Shown one piece after another: positions 9,072 to 21,080 of a DNA stretch of 64,000 nucleotides. A program made the translations under genes and the position numbers. The stretch is from sequence record OQ363659.1; one strand, written 5' to 3'. How positions within the stretch are numbered: position 1 is the first letter of the stretch; each line of letters begins with the position of its first letter. Under the pieces are notes generated by a model, which saw only the letters and a program-made list of their open reading frames with translations, had not been told where the DNA came from and ran no database searches.

Positions 9072-9245
9072 TTATATCCAGATGCAAATCAACACGGCCA
9101 CCAACATCATGACCAAACCAGGGAATTTCTCATCTTTGTGCGAACGACCGATGTCATCCGCATCGATGTAATCTGCACGACGGCTGAAAAAGATTCCAGC
9201 ACCGAGTACGAAGATTACAAATGCTACTAGGTAGCCACCCCACAT
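9072..9245 (-). CDS. Small two-TM membrane protein (57 aa)
   Basis: Manual translation MWGGYLVAFVIFVLGAGIFFSRRADY...GLVMMLVAVLICIWI; fills the gap between two genes; below the ORF-track cutoff. Confidence 0.7.
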   Translation of the reverse strand: MWGGYLVAFVIFVLGAGIFFSRRADYIDADDIGRSHKDEKFPGLVMMLVAVLICIWI

Positions 9246-9445
9246 ACATCAACTCCAAATACGTAATAACAGAAAGGTTGCCGAATCAAGAACCAGATGA
9301 ATCCGATAACGACACAACACAGTCCACCGACATACAACCGGTAACTAAGTTCATGTCTTACGTGACCAATCAGTACAACTCCGATTATGCACAGTAACAT
9401 TCCCAGTCCTGTTAACGGACCAAAAAAGAAATCCGGGAAGCACAT
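9227..9445 (-). CDS. Small two-TM membrane protein
   Basis: Start moved to MCFPDFF (GGAG RBS, downstream of terminator); two hydrophobic segments. Confidence 0.7.
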   Translation of the reverse strand: MCFPDFFFGPLTGLGMLLCIIGVVLIGHVRHELSYRLYVGGLCCVVIGFIWFLIRQPFCYYVFGVDVCGVAT

Positions 9446-9462
9446 CAGAAATCTCCAGGGGA

Positions 9463-9487
9463 CATAAGGCCTTCCCGAAGGAAGGCC
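9463..9487 (-). terminator. Hairpin + TATG terminator-like element
   Basis: GGCCTTCC-TTCG-GGAAGGCC then TTATG, just after the stop of 9493-9867. Confidence 0.75.
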
Positions 9488-9492
9488 AAACA

Positions 9493-9867
9493 TCAGTAGT
9501 TGAGAACTATGGATTTGCCATAGTCATTCGCCATACAGCTGACGTAGGAAGTTTGATACGTGTCCATCGGAGTCTTACGTTCCTGATAAACTCGATCTAC
9601 TTCGGATACCGCTTTAGGAAGAATGCTGTAAAGAACGTTATCTTTATTCTTCACAACGTATCCCTTTAGGGAGAGAAGGTTAGAGCGCCATTGTTGCTTG
9701 GACTCCCCGCGCGATTTTGCTTCTGCTCCAGCTTTAGCCATCAAGGCCACGCTATCGCAGTAGTTATTGTTCGCGACAACCGTCTCTGTTGCCATCGTAT
9801 TACTCGCAGCCGCTAATGCGGTTACAAGAACCAACGACCTCAGTACGTGTGTTAAACATTGCATCAC
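9493..9867 (-). CDS. Secreted/periplasmic protein with signal peptide
   Basis: N-terminal hydrophobic stretch ending TMA/TE; two Cys in the mature region. Confidence 0.75.
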   Translation of the reverse strand: MMQCLTHVLRSLVLVTALAAASNTMATETVVANNNYCDSVALMAKAGAEAKSRGESKQQWRSNLLSLKGYVVKNKDNVLYSILPKAVSEVDRVYQERKTPMDTYQTSYVSCMANDYGKSIVLNY

Positions 9868-9911
9868 GTTGCCTCATGTTGAAGGATCAGAATATAATGG
9901 CACTCACACCA

Positions 9912-10364
9912 CTATTGCCACAATCCTCGCAAACGCAAAGCGTAGTAACCATCGCTTGTTTGTTCGTACTGCCAGCCCAAAGCAACCTTCTTTTGTGGGC
10001 GTGGTTTACCCAAGACGTAATCCGCCACCCTGTACATCTGCCAGATCACAGCTTGCCACGCGGTGTCCATGAGCGGATGCAACGCGAACAAATCACAGTC
10101 CTTCCCTTTGACTTTCTCGTCTTCAAGCCACGAGCAGCCAACACCGATAACGATCTTGCCTTCTGGTACGGCAATGGTTGGAGCATCGATTTCGTGATCG
10201 AGCTTGACCATTTCCACCAGCGGCAACAGGAAGTCATAAAGACCCTCCGTATCGCTTTCTACAGGGGCGGCCCAGTAGTACTTCGGACCGACGTAAACCT
10301 TTTCGAGTTTACTAACGAGATGATCGTGATGGGATTGATCGATGACGTATATAACTGAGGGCAT
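9912..10364 (-). CDS. Hypothetical protein (150 aa)
   Basis: ORF track; tiling. Confidence 0.75.
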   Translation of the reverse strand: MPSVIYVIDQSHHDHLVSKLEKVYVGPKYYWAAPVESDTEGLYDFLLPLVEMVKLDHEIDAPTIAVPEGKIVIGVGCSWLEDEKVKGKDCDLFALHPLMDTAWQAVIWQMYRVADYVLGKPRPQKKVALGWQYEQTSDGYYALRLRGLWQ

Positions 10365-10826
10365 TTACAAATTCCGTTCGATGTGGGAAACAGCCGCTAC
10401 GTAATTCCGGCACAGCGCAATGACTTCGCCTTCAGGAGAAGTACCCATTGCCCAGCCACGAGCAGTCCGGCGCAGCATAATGAAGCCATGAGTTTCACGC
10501 GCTTTCGTCATGGCATCCTCTTGTCCTTCGAGAATCAATTGTTGGTAGTGGGTCGATTCATCACCCGAGAAATTTGCCCAGAAGACATCTGTATCTTGGA
10601 CAGTACCGTTGTGGTTCAACACCAACCGAGAACCGATCTGGAGATCTTCTTCTGGATGGAAGCCCACCAACACACCTTTCTTATCCCGCGACAGCCAACG
10701 AGCGTGACGCATCAAAAGCTTTTCGACTAGGTGTGCATCTACTGATCCTTCTGGGATGTACGTGTTGGTATCGATTTCAATACCAACCTCGTTGAAGTGT
10801 TTACGTGCAACTACAGGATGCAGCAT
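10365..10826 (-). CDS. Hypothetical protein (153 aa)
   Basis: ORF track; tiling. Confidence 0.75.
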   Translation of the reverse strand: MLHPVVARKHFNEVGIEIDTNTYIPEGSVDAHLVEKLLMRHARWLSRDKKGVLVGFHPEEDLQIGSRLVLNHNGTVQDTDVFWANFSGDESTHYQQLILEGQEDAMTKARETHGFIMLRRTARGWAMGTSPEGEVIALCRNYVAAVSHIERNL

Positions 10827-10827
10827 C

Positions 10828-11037
10828 TTACCTCCGGTACAACGTCTGCTTTCGCTTCAGTTCCGACAAACTAGCCATAAGCCTTTCATGCTTACGACTC
10901 AATGCATCCAGACGTTTCTCCATTTCGGTTTCACGTTTGAGCAAAGAAGACATCTGCTTTACCAGATCTTGGTTAGATTGGATTAGCAGTGCAACGTCTT
11001 CTGTTAGCTGTGCGATTTGTTCAGTTTTCGTTGGCAT
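10828..11037 (-). CDS. Small coiled-coil protein (69 aa)
   Basis: Heptad pattern IAQLTEDVALLIQSNQDLVKQMSSLL. Confidence 0.75.
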   Translation of the reverse strand: MPTKTEQIAQLTEDVALLIQSNQDLVKQMSSLLKRETEMEKRLDALSRKHERLMASLSELKRKQTLYRR

Positions 11038-11039
11038 AG

Positions 11040-11471
11040 TCAGATCGTGTTATCGAATACCCAGTCACCGTGGTGGGTCTTGTTATGGAATGCAACAGGA
11101 GCAGGCGGACGGTTGTAGTTCCCATGTACATGGAAAGTGGTGTTCAACCGACGACGTTGGTAATAAGGTTCCAGTTTAATGTGGTACTGGTTCTTAGCAG
11201 CGTCTACCGTAATCGTGGCAACCAGCTTCTTGACTGATTGACTCCGCTTGTCCCAAATTTGGAATTGCTTGATTCCTTCATACGAGTGTAACGTAGGTAC
11301 TGTTTTAAATGCATGGACTGGTTGACCGTCAGTTTCGAAAGTCAATCCTGGGGTAATCCAAAAAGGACTACCTAGAGTTTTGTCCTCAGTGCCACGAACA
11401 AATTCCCCCAGGTCACCGATCCGTTGGTCGTAGAGTGCAACTTGGATCTCAATCATACCGCTATACTCCAC
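11040..11471 (-). CDS. Hypothetical protein (possible paralog family A)
   Basis: ORF track; weak similarity to 12164-12544. Confidence 0.75.
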   Translation of the reverse strand: MEYSGMIEIQVALYDQRIGDLGEFVRGTEDKTLGSPFWITPGLTFETDGQPVHAFKTVPTLHSYEGIKQFQIWDKRSQSVKKLVATITVDAAKNQYHIKLEPYYQRRRLNTTFHVHGNYNRPPAPVAFHNKTHHGDWVFDNTI

Positions 11472-11830
11472 AGGTGTGAAGGAATCGCAGGATCTTGAGA
11501 GAACTCCACTACGGTTTGGAAAGGCGTTAACCGAGTCATGCTAACAGGTTTAATCCAACGCATATGTTTCAGCTGCAATTCAATTTCCAGTTCTGCTATC
11601 ATCTGGTTTTGAATGCGATCGAAGAAGGTAAAGATAATGCGGTTAGGGAATTCGATCTGGGGTTCTTTATAAACCCCTAGCTCGGACTCGTAGTTCTGTG
11701 GACCTTGTGTGATCGACACGACATTAGCATCAATGAACGTGTGATCTTTGCAACCGACATGGACTAGGGAATTAGACCGTCCCGATACAACGCCCCGGTT
11801 GGAGTAATCCAGAGTCAGTAGAGTCTTCAT
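11453..11830 (-). CDS. Hypothetical protein (possible paralog family A)
   Basis: Start moved to MKTLL after AAGGA RBS. Confidence 0.7.
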   Translation of the reverse strand: MKTLLTLDYSNRGVVSGRSNSLVHVGCKDHTFIDANVVSITQGPQNYESELGVYKEPQIEFPNRIIFTFFDRIQNQMIAELEIELQLKHMRWIKPVSMTRLTPFQTVVEFSQDPAIPSHLWSIAV

Positions 11831-12215
11831 GGGTTTCCTTGATTTGCACAAGGAAAGCAGCCGACACGTGATCGATTCGTTCGGAGTCTACACAGTTACC
11901 CGTAACGATACGGCCATGTGGACCACCAAATGCGATGTAGCCAACTTTCTCCAGGTTACCGAATATATCCATCCACTGAGCAGCACCCGGTTGGGCATTA
12001 GGATGAACGACAAAGCGATAAGCTGGATTCGGTACGCCCGTGTACTCAATCGAGATCTGGATCGGGGTGATCCATTCGATCTTCTGATGTGGCAGCAACC
12101 CCAAATACATCGGCAGTTCATAACACTCAGTGGTTAGGAACGGGACTTGAACAATGACTTGTCTTACGCCACTGCTTTCGTCGACTGGGAGCTTTCGGAC
12201 GATGAGGTCGGACAT
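11772..12215 (-). CDS. Hypothetical protein (147 aa)
   Basis: AAGGA RBS; ORF track. Confidence 0.7.
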   Translation of the reverse strand: MSDLIVRKLPVDESSGVRQVIVQVPFLTTECYELPMYLGLLPHQKIEWITPIQISIEYTGVPNPAYRFVVHPNAQPGAAQWMDIFGNLEKVGYIAFGGPHGRIVTGNCVDSERIDHVSAAFLVQIKETHEDSTDSGLLQPGRCIGTV

Positions 12216-12544
12216 GTGCTTTCCTTTGGTTGGATGGAGAGATACAGATCGACACCCGCTGGACGATGCATTGGGTTCTCGAGCTTCAGAAAATAATGAC
12301 CGGTTCCGATGTCAAGCATCAGCGAACCAATCTTAACGGATTCTTCACGACCTTTGTGGTAGATCGTACGCTGGTATACGCCAGGGATGATAGCCTCGTT
12401 GCAGATGAGGTAGTCCTTGACTTCTTGCTGGTGTGCATCGAGCAGCTTGCAGCTAATCACCTTTTCGATTACGGTGCCATCTGTGAAAAGGAGACGTGAT
12501 TCTTTTCCTGTATCAAGCACAGGTATACGTGCGACTGGGTTCAA
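12164..12544 (-). CDS. Hypothetical protein (possible paralog family A)
   Basis: GGAG RBS before a TTG start. Confidence 0.7.
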   Translation of the reverse strand: MNPVARIPVLDTGKESRLLFTDGTVIEKVISCKLLDAHQQEVKDYLICNEAIIPGVYQRTIYHKGREESVKIGSLMLDIGTGHYFLKLENPMHRPAGVDLYLSIQPKESTCPTSSSESSQSTKAVA

Positions 12545-12605
12545 CGGGATTACTCCATGTTTATTGTTAGCTTAGGATAAGGATGTTGCTATGCAACCAT
12601 GTTAC

Positions 12606-12729
12606 AAAATAAAAGCCTCCCTCCTTTGCTCTTAGTGGGTCTGTTCACCTATACTAAGGGGGAGCTGAGTATAAAAAAGAAAAAGGTGGTAGATGGACTC
12701 CCCTAACCCGAAGGCCAGAGGAGTCCATC
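12606..12729 (-). terminator. Two tandem hairpins, each followed by a T-rich tract
   Basis: 17-bp stem with G.U pairs and TTCG loop (12692-12729) then TTTTTCTTTTTT; second imperfect hairpin then TTTTATTTTG. Confidence 0.75.
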
Positions 12730-12743
12730 CTGAATAGGAAGAA

Positions 12744-13109
12744 CTATGCGGGTTCAACTTTAAGCGCATAGTTGACGATATGCTTAGGGTTACCCTTTAC
12801 ACGGATATCCACTTTGGCGCTATCGATGTGATACCACTCGAGTTCGATCTCATGGATCTCACATTTGTTCCACCAGTCAAACAGAGCTTGAAGAGTGGAA
12901 TCGTTTTCACCATGCATTACCACCGACGATACCTCAACGCCTTCATGGCGCTTGTCAGTAGCGGTAACAAACATGGAGCGATCAATAGGCTTACGAGAGA
13001 AGCGATCAACCAGTGTGAACTTCAGCCTTTCAGCATCTTGTCCCACTGGGATCAGGTCTTCGTAAACAACGGTGCTATCGGTCAGGTTAAGATACAGTGC
13101 TTTGCACAT
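12744..13109 (-). CDS. Hypothetical protein (121 aa)
   Basis: Start moved to MCKALY after AAGGAGG RBS. Confidence 0.75.
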   Translation of the reverse strand: MCKALYLNLTDSTVVYEDLIPVGQDAERLKFTLVDRFSRKPIDRSMFVTATDKRHEGVEVSSVVMHGENDSTLQALFDWWNKCEIHEIELEWYHIDSAKVDIRVKGNPKHIVNYALKVEPA

Positions 13110-13153
13110 GGGAACCTCCTTGGAATTGATTTTTATTCCGGCTCCCGTATACG

Positions 13154-13459
13154 TTACGGTCGTCGGATAGTTTTGATTTGTAGCTGGATGAGATGTAAAC
13201 GGTTTTCCGAGGGCAAGATGTCCTGGTCTCCGTGGTGATCGTACCATGCTTTGGATTGGTCTGTTAGGCATTCCAATACATTCATAGCTCGATCTATTTC
13301 AGGGCTGAGGATCAACTCAGTGTTGAGTATGATATTCAGGTTACGAATGATCTTGCGTAGTTGTTCTAATTCTACTCCTTGTAGGAAGAGACGTGTGGTC
13401 TCTAGCACGCAGAGCTTAAACAGCTCTAACTTGTTCATGACATCTATCTCTGACGGCAT
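13154..13459 (-). CDS. Hypothetical helical protein
   Basis: ORF track; true start may be the second Met (MNKLEL). Confidence 0.7.
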   Translation of the reverse strand: MPSEIDVMNKLELFKLCVLETTRLFLQGVELEQLRKIIRNLNIILNTELILSPEIDRAMNVLECLTDQSKAWYDHHGDQDILPSENRLHLIQLQIKTIRRP

Positions 13460-13479
13460 AGTAGCCCGCCTAAGCGGGC
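13457..13479 (-). terminator. Hairpin + TATG element
   Basis: GCCCGC-TTAG-GCGGGC then TACTATGCC. Confidence 0.6.
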
Positions 13480-13493
13480 CAGTGCCGGTATGG

Positions 13494-13787
13494 TTAAGCT
13501 ACGTAGTCATCGAGGCGAGGCATCGCGATAGGGCGCCCTTCAGCGCTCTGATCCCGGAGGCAGTCCTGCACGAACACGTAGAAGTCTTTGTTGCTAGAAT
13601 CCCGAAGCCATTGCAGCACTTCAGGGTTCTCGCCGGTCTTCTGGCGACGTTCGATTACTTGTCGACGAATCTCGGACAGCTTGGCAGGAAACACCAAGCC
13701 AGCGTTGATGGTGATGTCCATCACGCCGTATGCAACTTTCTTGATAACGCGATCACGGTTGGTGTGCTGAGTAATTGGGAATTCCAT
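13494..13787 (-). CDS. Hypothetical protein (97 aa), early
   Basis: ORF track; first gene after the CTATATTAC motif. Confidence 0.75.
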   Translation of the reverse strand: MEFPITQHTNRDRVIKKVAYGVMDITINAGLVFPAKLSEIRRQVIERRQKTGENPEVLQWLRDSSNKDFYVFVQDCLRDQSAEGRPIAMPRLDDYVA

Positions 13788-13808
13788 GCTGACATCCTTA
13801 CTGATAAG

Positions 13809-13850
13809 AGGGCTATATTCACGATTGTAATATAGCCCTTTAAAAGTTTT
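13809..13850 (-). promoter_or_regulatory. Early promoter inside an 11-bp inverted repeat
   Basis: AGGGCTATATT-N9-AATATAGCCCT; CTATATTAC at 13827-13835 on minus strand with AT-rich upstream flank. Confidence 0.7.
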
Positions 13851-13856
13851 AAATCG

Positions 13857-15125
13857 TCAGTAAATGGGTGCTTCTGCCCACAGCTGGTTAGTGATGATGT
13901 ACGGCCCCGAATAGGTGTAAATCGAGGCTATCGGTTCTACCCCATGTGGAAGGTTAGGTTTGCTACGGAACACACGTTCATACCCAGGGAAGAAAGGCTC
14001 GGCACCAATAGACGAGAAGCCAGCCGGGTCAGCCGTGTGCTCTGTGCCATCTTTACGCATGAAGTGGAAGTTATCCACATACAAACGTCCGTCGTCGGAA
14101 ACATTTTCCAACCGCAGCCGATGAGTAACTTGCTTATACAGCGTGTGCATGTTGAACAACGTATCCGCGTACAGTAGTTCGGAATCAACTTCGATCCGAT
14201 AACGTGCACGAGTGTAGGTGTCTTTGTTACGACCACTATTGAGAGCCACGTAGCCTTCCATACCGAGCTCTTCGTCTTTCTCGAGTAGACGGACACGGAT
14301 TGGATCGAAAAGCACGCCCACGCTAGCTGTAGTGAAGTCGTAGAGGTATAGTTCTTCTACTGACTCAAACATCGGGCGCAGAATCCAAGTCGGATATCTC
14401 TCTTGGCGGATCAGTGTCGGGTTTTCTTTATTGACCCAGTGTACCATGATCCCATTGGCCGTGCCATCATGTTCTTCGAATACACAGTACGCGTATTCGT
14501 AATTGACCATGATGTAACAGTAATCGGTTTCACCGATGATGATACGCTTGTGTTTATTCCACGGTGTAGCCAGTTCCGCTTTACGTGCCCACTTCATACC
14601 AAGCGGAGTATAAGCCGTGCACTTGTGCGATTCCCACGCCTGGCGGTAAGGGTGAAAGAGACGAGTCGAACGCAGTGCATACTTGACATTGTTCTTGAAG
14701 CGAGGCATTACCTCGTAATCATTTTGAGCGGGCAGCTTACTTTTAGACATGCGCTCGTAAGCTTCGCGATCATCAACTTCCACAGGTTCACTAGATGCAT
14801 AGGAACCAGACTCTACACCCAACCGATAGATCTCGGCAATGGACATGGGTTCCAGAGTACCACAGTTGTAGAACACAGTGTGACCGGGGGTATCCTCATG
14901 GAAGCCATTGCCAACACGCCCACGGTAGATAACATCGGACCCATAGCAACGGATCTCGATCAGGTCAGCACCCGTGCCTTTGACATCTTTGCCCAACGCA
15001 TCCAACCACTCTTGATAGCGGTTAGTACGACAGAAAGTTTCTGGCGGCTTCTCTTCAGGTGCAGCAGGAGTAACCGGGACTTTCTTGCCACAGAACAATT
15101 CAGAAAACCAAGTGCAAACAGACAT
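13857..15125 (-). CDS. Hypothetical protein (paralog family B)
   Basis: Long ORF; ATG after AAGGA RBS. Confidence 0.85.
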   Translation of the reverse strand: MSVCTWFSELFCGKKVPVTPAAPEEKPPETFCRTNRYQEWLDALGKDVKGTGADLIEIRCYGSDVIYRGRVGNGFHEDTPGHTVFYNCGTLEPMSIAEIYRLGVESGSYASSEPVEVDDREAYERMSKSKLPAQNDYEVMPRFKNNVKYALRSTRLFHPYRQAWESHKCTAYTPLGMKWARKAELATPWNKHKRIIIGETDYCYIMVNYEYAYCVFEEHDGTANGIMVHWVNKENPTLIRQERYPTWILRPMFESVEELYLYDFTTASVGVLFDPIRVRLLEKDEELGMEGYVALNSGRNKDTYTRARYRIEVDSELLYADTLFNMHTLYKQVTHRLRLENVSDDGRLYVDNFHFMRKDGTEHTADPAGFSSIGAEPFFPGYERVFRSKPNLPHGVEPIASIYTYSGPYIITNQLWAEAPIY

Positions 15126-15134
15126 GTTCAATCC

Positions 15135-16073
15135 TTACGGGAAACTGGTAGGTAACTTGCCGCTGTAAATGCAGTTCTTATCATCAAAGCCTGCGATGGA
15201 ATAATACTGCTCTTCGTCGAGTCTTTTCTGAGTACCACTCAAGAAGAATCGATGGTCTGGGAGTTCAGTATCGAGATCTTTGATCGCAACGGGCATAGGC
15301 ATCATCCCGATTTGCAGTTTGATCTCATCCACATTCAACATCCACTTCGTGCAATTGTGCGGATGGTGATTACGGAACGCGTCGATAAATGGACGCAGAT
15401 CAACTACAGGCTTGCCCGAGTTATCGAGCGTGTTAATGTTGATCGTCACGTCATATGACAGATAGTCATAAACCCCTGGACAGTTTTCCAACTCAACCAA
15501 CCGGGTATAAGCACCGATTGGGTCAACGCGTTCGTTAGTTACATCGACGATCGTACGGTAAGTCGAATCTTCCGCACCACAACACATGTCCACGATCTTC
15601 GCGGTGTATGGGTGAACATCGTTATACCAGATGCCACGGTATTCACGGAACATAACCGTGGGGAAGCTAATTGCCTGCCCCCCACGGGTATATACCACGA
15701 ACCAATCCCCTTTATCACTATCACGCTTGAGATAGTATTCAACACCAGCCCAAGTCATGAAGTGAATGCCGCAGTCATAACCGACTGTACGCATCTCCAG
15801 GTGATTTACCAACGCAACAGCTCGTTTATGCCAATGGGTAAGCGTCTCGTTGTTCCGCGGTACCCAGCTGAAAGAACTGACTTTGGGTAAGTCGACCTTC
15901 ACGGCTGGGATTGGGTAGAGCGATCCTTTATGGTAGAACACGGGTTCGCCATTCTTGACCACGAGGAACATATCACGATGTTCTTCATGGCGGAAGTATG
16001 GTACCCAGGTTTTGAAATCCCTTTGGCTAAGCAGAGCATCGAGACGACACTTATTGACGAACGACTTAAACAT
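15135..16073 (-). CDS. Hypothetical protein (paralog family B)
   Basis: Long ORF; motifs shared with both neighbours. Confidence 0.85.
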   Translation of the reverse strand: MFKSFVNKCRLDALLSQRDFKTWVPYFRHEEHRDMFLVVKNGEPVFYHKGSLYPIPAVKVDLPKVSSFSWVPRNNETLTHWHKRAVALVNHLEMRTVGYDCGIHFMTWAGVEYYLKRDSDKGDWFVVYTRGGQAISFPTVMFREYRGIWYNDVHPYTAKIVDMCCGAEDSTYRTIVDVTNERVDPIGAYTRLVELENCPGVYDYLSYDVTININTLDNSGKPVVDLRPFIDAFRNHHPHNCTKWMLNVDEIKLQIGMMPMPVAIKDLDTELPDHRFFLSGTQKRLDEEQYYSIAGFDDKNCIYSGKLPTSFP

Positions 16074-16082
16074 TAGCTTTCC

Positions 16083-17054
16083 TTAAGCGAAGGTGCGAGG
16101 GAACAATCCGTTATCACGGATTTGGAAGTTGGCACTTTTAGCGCCATTAGGGAAGTGGAAGAAGTACTGGTTACCGTAAGTACCATGCATTACCATCCCG
16201 TGGTTACGTTCACCATCAATGATGAAATCGATACGATCGAGATCGATCAAGACAGCGCGACCACGGAACTCCGCATTTACGATCTTTTGCAACAGGTAAT
16301 AGATGTTGAGCACTTGATTGTCGGCAACCATCCCAGACAAATCAATCGACAATCGGTAGGAACGCTTATCCGCCAAACCATCGACCTGTGCACCCAGTAC
16401 AATCACTGTGTCATCTTTATCTGCTTCTACCAGGGTATAACGATCACGCAGTTCCTTACTGATGACCGTGTTCGAAACATCAGTGGTCGCCATCGTCGGA
16501 TCAATCACCTCACGGTTCTTGTACGACAGATTGTCAAGGAACCACTCACCACCATATTGGTCCAACAGACCAAACATGAACCAACCCACACGACGAACTC
16601 CTACTGAATCTTTGTTCGTGTAGAGGCTCAATCGTGGACCACGACTGGAATCACAAGCCACGTACCACTTAACACCATTGTCGTCAGTGTAGATGTGGAT
16701 GCCTTCATGTGGCGCTAGTTGCCGAACGATAGCGATATTAGCTGCCATGAAACTAACCAGACTATTTTTGTCAGGGTGATGTTTCAGGTGGCGAACATGA
16801 GTAGACCCATTGCGGGTACAGAACTCGAACGTGTAGTTGTCCACATCACGATCTTCGGTTAGTACCATGCGACCAACTTCAGGACCTTCACCGATACGGT
16901 GCAACCCTACACGGTTGTCATTGTCTGCTTCGACGAAGACAAGCCAGCGCTTCTGATTCGCATCAGTTGCGTAGGCGAAGTGCACGTCGTGCAAATGCAT
17001 TACACGATTCAACCATGCAAGCTTGCCTTCCAGCAGCCTTTTACGAATGCCCAT
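16083..17054 (-). CDS. Hypothetical protein (paralog family B)
   Basis: Start moved to MGIRKR (AAAGGA RBS, downstream of promoter). Confidence 0.85.
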   Translation of the reverse strand: MGIRKRLLEGKLAWLNRVMHLHDVHFAYATDANQKRWLVFVEADNDNRVGLHRIGEGPEVGRMVLTEDRDVDNYTFEFCTRNGSTHVRHLKHHPDKNSLVSFMAANIAIVRQLAPHEGIHIYTDDNGVKWYVACDSSRGPRLSLYTNKDSVGVRRVGWFMFGLLDQYGGEWFLDNLSYKNREVIDPTMATTDVSNTVISKELRDRYTLVEADKDDTVIVLGAQVDGLADKRSYRLSIDLSGMVADNQVLNIYYLLQKIVNAEFRGRAVLIDLDRIDFIIDGERNHGMVMHGTYGNQYFFHFPNGAKSANFQIRDNGLFPRTFA

Positions 17055-17089
17055 CGTTATTTTTCCTTTTAGTGAATTAAGCCACGGTA

Positions 17090-17115
17090 GTAATATAGAC
17101 TTCAAACTTTTTGTG
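17090..17115 (-). promoter_or_regulatory. phiKZ-type early promoter
   Basis: CAAAAAGTTTGAAGTCTATATTAC on minus strand; near-identical to 8815-8840. Confidence 0.8.
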
Positions 17116-17128
17116 ATCAAAAAAAGAA

Positions 17129-17158
17129 CATAGTGCCTCCCCGAAGGGAGGCCTTATG
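17129..17158 (-). terminator. UUCG hairpin with TATG on both sides
   Basis: GCCTCCC-TTCG-GGGAGGC then ACTATGTTCTTTTTTT. Confidence 0.85.
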
Positions 17159-17162
17159 CTGG

Positions 17163-17426
17163 TTACTGCAATTGGACTATCTGGTCATTAATCGAATCCA
17201 GTTGTTCCTGTGCTCGAATAATAGCAGGGATCTTTGCACGATTGTATTTACGTCCGCAGATTCGCTGTAAGCAACATGGACATAGGAAACGTCCAGTCGA
17301 TGCATCGTACGCCATGCCATCAGCGCATGATCGGTTAATCAAACGCAAACGTTCATTACGCAGCTTACGGATTTTCTTGCGGGTTTGATATCGTTTCCAG
17401 ATACCAGATAAAAGGGGTATTTCCAT
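17163..17426 (-). CDS. Small basic protein with possible Zn motif
   Basis: Arg/Lys-rich N-terminus; CPCC..C. Confidence 0.7.
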   Translation of the reverse strand: MEIPLLSGIWKRYQTRKKIRKLRNERLRLINRSCADGMAYDASTGRFLCPCCLQRICGRKYNRAKIPAIIRAQEQLDSINDQIVQLQ

Positions 17427-17431
17427 GGGGG

Positions 17432-20374
<2,943 letters not shown>

Positions 20375-20400
20375 GTAATCACCAAAAAAGAAAATAAAGA

Positions 20401-20418
20401 GTGAGCCCGAAGGCTCAC
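20401..20418 (-). terminator. Intrinsic terminator after dcd
   Basis: GTGAGCC-TTCG-GGCTCAC then TCTTTATTTTCTTTTTTT. Confidence 0.85.
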
Positions 20419-20421
20419 AAT

Positions 20422-21048
20422 TCAAACGCGTGGCAGGACGATCTTGGCTTCCTGATTGTTGTACTTACCTTTACGGTCATGGTACGACGTTTCAGGATCT
20501 TGATCGAGCTTATGGAAGACCAATTGCAAACAGCCTTCTTCGGCATAGAAGATGTTCGGACGATCGGTGGTGTTCTGGAACTCCAGTGTGATGTAACCAT
20601 CCCAACCCGGTTCGATTGGTGTACACAGGCAGTTCCATCCAGCGCGAGCGATGGTAGACTTACCGATGCAGATTGCAACAACGTCACGAGGCATCGCAAC
20701 GTATTCCAGACTACGTGCCAACAGGAATCCACCCGGAGGTACGATAACCTTAGGACCAGTTACCTTCTCGAACATATCTTCGGTGATTTCTTTATAGCTC
20801 AACGGAGATACTGGTTTTGGTTTACCGGTAAACAGATGCTTCAGACGTTCCCACAACGAATACTTGATCGGCTTGAAGATCATGAACTCTTGCGCAGCAC
20901 GAATATCATACCCAGCGGTAGATAGACCAAAGCTTGCAACCTTTTCACCACGATGTTCTTTGACCGAACGACCAAAGAACGGGGAAATCATTGGGACTTC
21001 TACGTTTTCGCAAAGTCCACGAATTGTTTTGTCAGAAAGAACAGACAT
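20422..21048 (-). CDS. dcd: dCTP deaminase
   Basis: LSDKTI, SFGLSTAGYDIR, LARSLEY, GKSTIARAG, PIEPGWDGYITLEF, EGCLQLVF, Y.DRKGKY. Confidence 0.95.
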   Translation of the reverse strand: MSVLSDKTIRGLCENVEVPMISPFFGRSVKEHRGEKVASFGLSTAGYDIRAAQEFMIFKPIKYSLWERLKHLFTGKPKPVSPLSYKEITEDMFEKVTGPKVIVPPGGFLLARSLEYVAMPRDVVAICIGKSTIARAGWNCLCTPIEPGWDGYITLEFQNTTDRPNIFYAEEGCLQLVFHKLDQDPETSYHDRKGKYNNQEAKIVLPRV

Positions 21049-21080
21049 TGAAATACTCCAGGATAGACATTAAATTAGTG

